DNA of 64,000 bases, taken from contig NW_015168051.1 of NCBI RefSeq assembly GCF_001447785.1, positions 1,204,877 to 1,268,876 on the forward strand, in the 5' to 3' direction. Below, in pieces: positions 62,201 to 64,000 of the stretch. Source of the DNA: Gekko japonicus. Lineage: Eukaryota. A model generated the notes under the pieces. That model saw only the letters and a list, made by a program, of their open reading frames with translations, was not told the DNA's origin and did no database searches. Made by a program: the position numbers and the translations under genes. Each line of letters starts with the position of its first letter. The stretch's first letter is position 1.

Positions 62201-62396
62201 ATGTGACCTAATAATTCACATGAACCTCCACCACACATGCAAGAGCAGCTGAGAGGAAATGAACTTCTTCTGTCACTTGGACAGTCTAAACTATGCATTC
62301 TTCACGTACTTGATTGTAAGTCACACTGAACTCAATGCGCTTTACCTCTCAGTGACATGGTTAGGATAGAAGTGCACTCAAACTTTCAGTATCAAC

Positions 62397-62625
62397 CAGG
62401 TGGGTAGCCATGTTGGTCTGAAGCAGAACAAAGTTTGAGTCCAGTGGCACCTTTAAGACCAACACAGTCTTATTCTGGGTATGAGCTTTCCTGTGCAAAG
62501 AACACTTCTTCAGATACAATGAAATGTTAATAGAAATAACAGTCATACATACACATAGAGGGTGGGCAGTAAATTATCCTGTATGCCTCCAGTAAAACTT
62601 TGTTGGTGTTAAAGGTGCCACCGAA
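62397..62625. mobile_element. Penelope-derived inverted pLTR remnant with a hammerhead-like core (minus, 62513-62487)
   Basis: CTGAAGA-AGTG...CAC-AG-GAAA-GCTCA on minus strand; inverted GTGGCACCTTTAA...TTAAAGGTGCCAC arms. Confidence 0.7.
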
Positions 62626-62806
62626 CCTTTTTTCCAGGATTATTTTAGCAAAACCAGACTCGACTGTGCGACTGAACAACAACAACAACTTTAAAGGGCC
62701 ATCGGTGGCTCAAGTGCTAAACTACCCCGGGCTTCATCCCACGAAAGATTAGGCTTCATTAAATCTGATACATTTCCAATCTGCCTTTCTAAGGGTGTGT
62801 ACAATC

Positions 62807-63152
62807 TGCGGTGGCTCAAGTGGTTAAGACGCTGAACTGCAGGCTGTGGAAGGTCAGTAGTTCAGCAGTTCGAGACCTGAGTGTGCCGCATGACGGAGTG
62901 AGCTCCCATCTCTGGTTCCAGCTCCTGCCAACCTAGCAGTTCGAAAGCAAGAAATTGCAAGTAGAGAAATAGGGACCACTTCGGTGGGAAGGTAACAGCG
63001 TTCCGTGCGCCTGGGTGTTTAGTCATGCCGGCCACATGACCACGGAAACGTCTTCGGACAGCGCTGGCTCTTCGGCTTTGAAACGGAGATGAGCACCGCA
63101 ACCCTAGAGTCGGACTCGACTGGCTTTCGAGCAAGGGAACCTTTACCTTTTT
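62807..63152 (+). mobile_element. Sauria SINE adjacent to the CIDEA promoter
   Basis: Near full-length; ACCTTT tail; TSD tacaatc (62800-62806 / 63153-63159). Confidence 0.9.
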
Positions 63153-63179
63153 TACAATCCACAAAACTGTTTGTAGAGT

Positions 63180-63920
63180 CACCGACCCGCAAGAAAGGAC
63201 AATGCAAGCGACACCCGTTTCAGACGCGGCCAGAGGTCGGATTAAACCCTTGCCTTAAAAACAGGCTGAGCACGTCTTGAACCCGGCGGCCGGGTGGCCA
63301 CAGCGACACTCCGCTGACCGCTTGCGAAACGAACCCCTCGGCCTACTCGGCAGTCACGGAAGGGCGGGCCGGAGGGAGGCCTCGGTGGCATAAGAAGGCG
63401 TGGCCGAGAGCTCCGGGCCATTGTTGCTGCCGGGGCGAGAAGAAGCGGGAGAAGGCGAGCCGGCGTGCGGAGCTGCAGGATGGCTGTGGAGAGCGCCCGC
63501 GACTGCGCCGTGGCTTTGGTCAGGTGAGGCGTGGCTGCACCGCCGCTGAGCGAGAGGCGGGTCCCGTTGGGTTTTCGGTGGGCTGACGACTGACTCCCGA
63601 ATGAGCGCGCCTCGGACGGGGGTCTCTGCTGCGTCTGCAGTGGACTGTGGGGGGGGAGGGAGGGAGGCGCTCTTTGTTTGGCCAGGAGACCGGGCGGTCT
63701 CTTCGCTCCGCTCTAAGGTTCTCAGACTAGGCGGGAGCAGCTTTGGCTCCTATCTGCCGTGAGGGCTTTTGAGACACGCCGCTTCCCGGTCCTTGCCCGG
63801 CAGAAACTCTTCATACGGTGGCTGCTGTTTGCTGCACCCGGACTGTGGTTCTCCGTCCTGCTGCTGGGCAGGAGGGGCCAGCAACATTTTACAAGCCGCC
63901 GAGGCGCTTCAGAATTCAGA
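63180..63920 (+). promoter_or_regulatory. CIDEA CpG island / promoter
   Basis: CpG-rich; GC box GGGCGGG at about 63362. Confidence 0.75.
63480..63523 (+). CDS. CIDEA: Cell death-inducing DFFA-like effector A, first coding exon (MAVESARDCAVALV-R); gene continues beyond the window
   Basis: Resembles human CIDEA N-terminus MEAARDYAGALIR (recalled); phase-2 donor CAG|gtgagg; lies in a CpG island; expected syntenic position after IMPA2. Confidence 0.8.
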
Positions 63921-64000
63921 GTAAGAGGTCCATAAAGAGCCCGTATAAGAAAGTCCATTTGCCTAATTAAACTGCTTATTTTAACGCTCCTGGTAACTGG

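Overview
Vertebrate genomic DNA from a squamate reptile, probably a gecko; this is inferred from the Sauria SINE, Bov-B, Squam3-like SINE and MITE content. The window covers the conserved MPPE1-IMPA2-CIDEA block (human 18p11.21). It holds the 5' half of MPPE1 (minus; four coding exons plus a non-coding first exon in a CpG island), a complete 8-exon IMPA2 (plus; 291 aa) and the first coding exon of CIDEA at the far end. Between MPPE1 and IMPA2 are two things the ORF track hides. First, a spliced minus-strand coiled-coil gene (7 well-supported plus 2 tentative exons, up to 322 aa) whose C-terminus resembles the CEP290 C-terminus, with a palindromic RFX X-box upstream. Second, an IRF/ISRE-like motif, TATA box and signal-peptide exon pointing into an 838-N assembly gap, possibly a small inducible secreted-protein gene. 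Other notable structures: a ~480-bp CpG-undepleted fold-back insertion nested in a Sauria SINE with its own 16-bp target-site duplication (TSD); a stop-free Bov-B RT fragment joined to a 10-unit ~195-bp tandem array upstream of IMPA2; Penelope-derived palindromes, one with a hammerhead core; hAT and Harbinger-type MITEs; solo LTRs; and L2/CR1 remnants. All calls come from reading the sequence and from remembered family features. No database searches were run.
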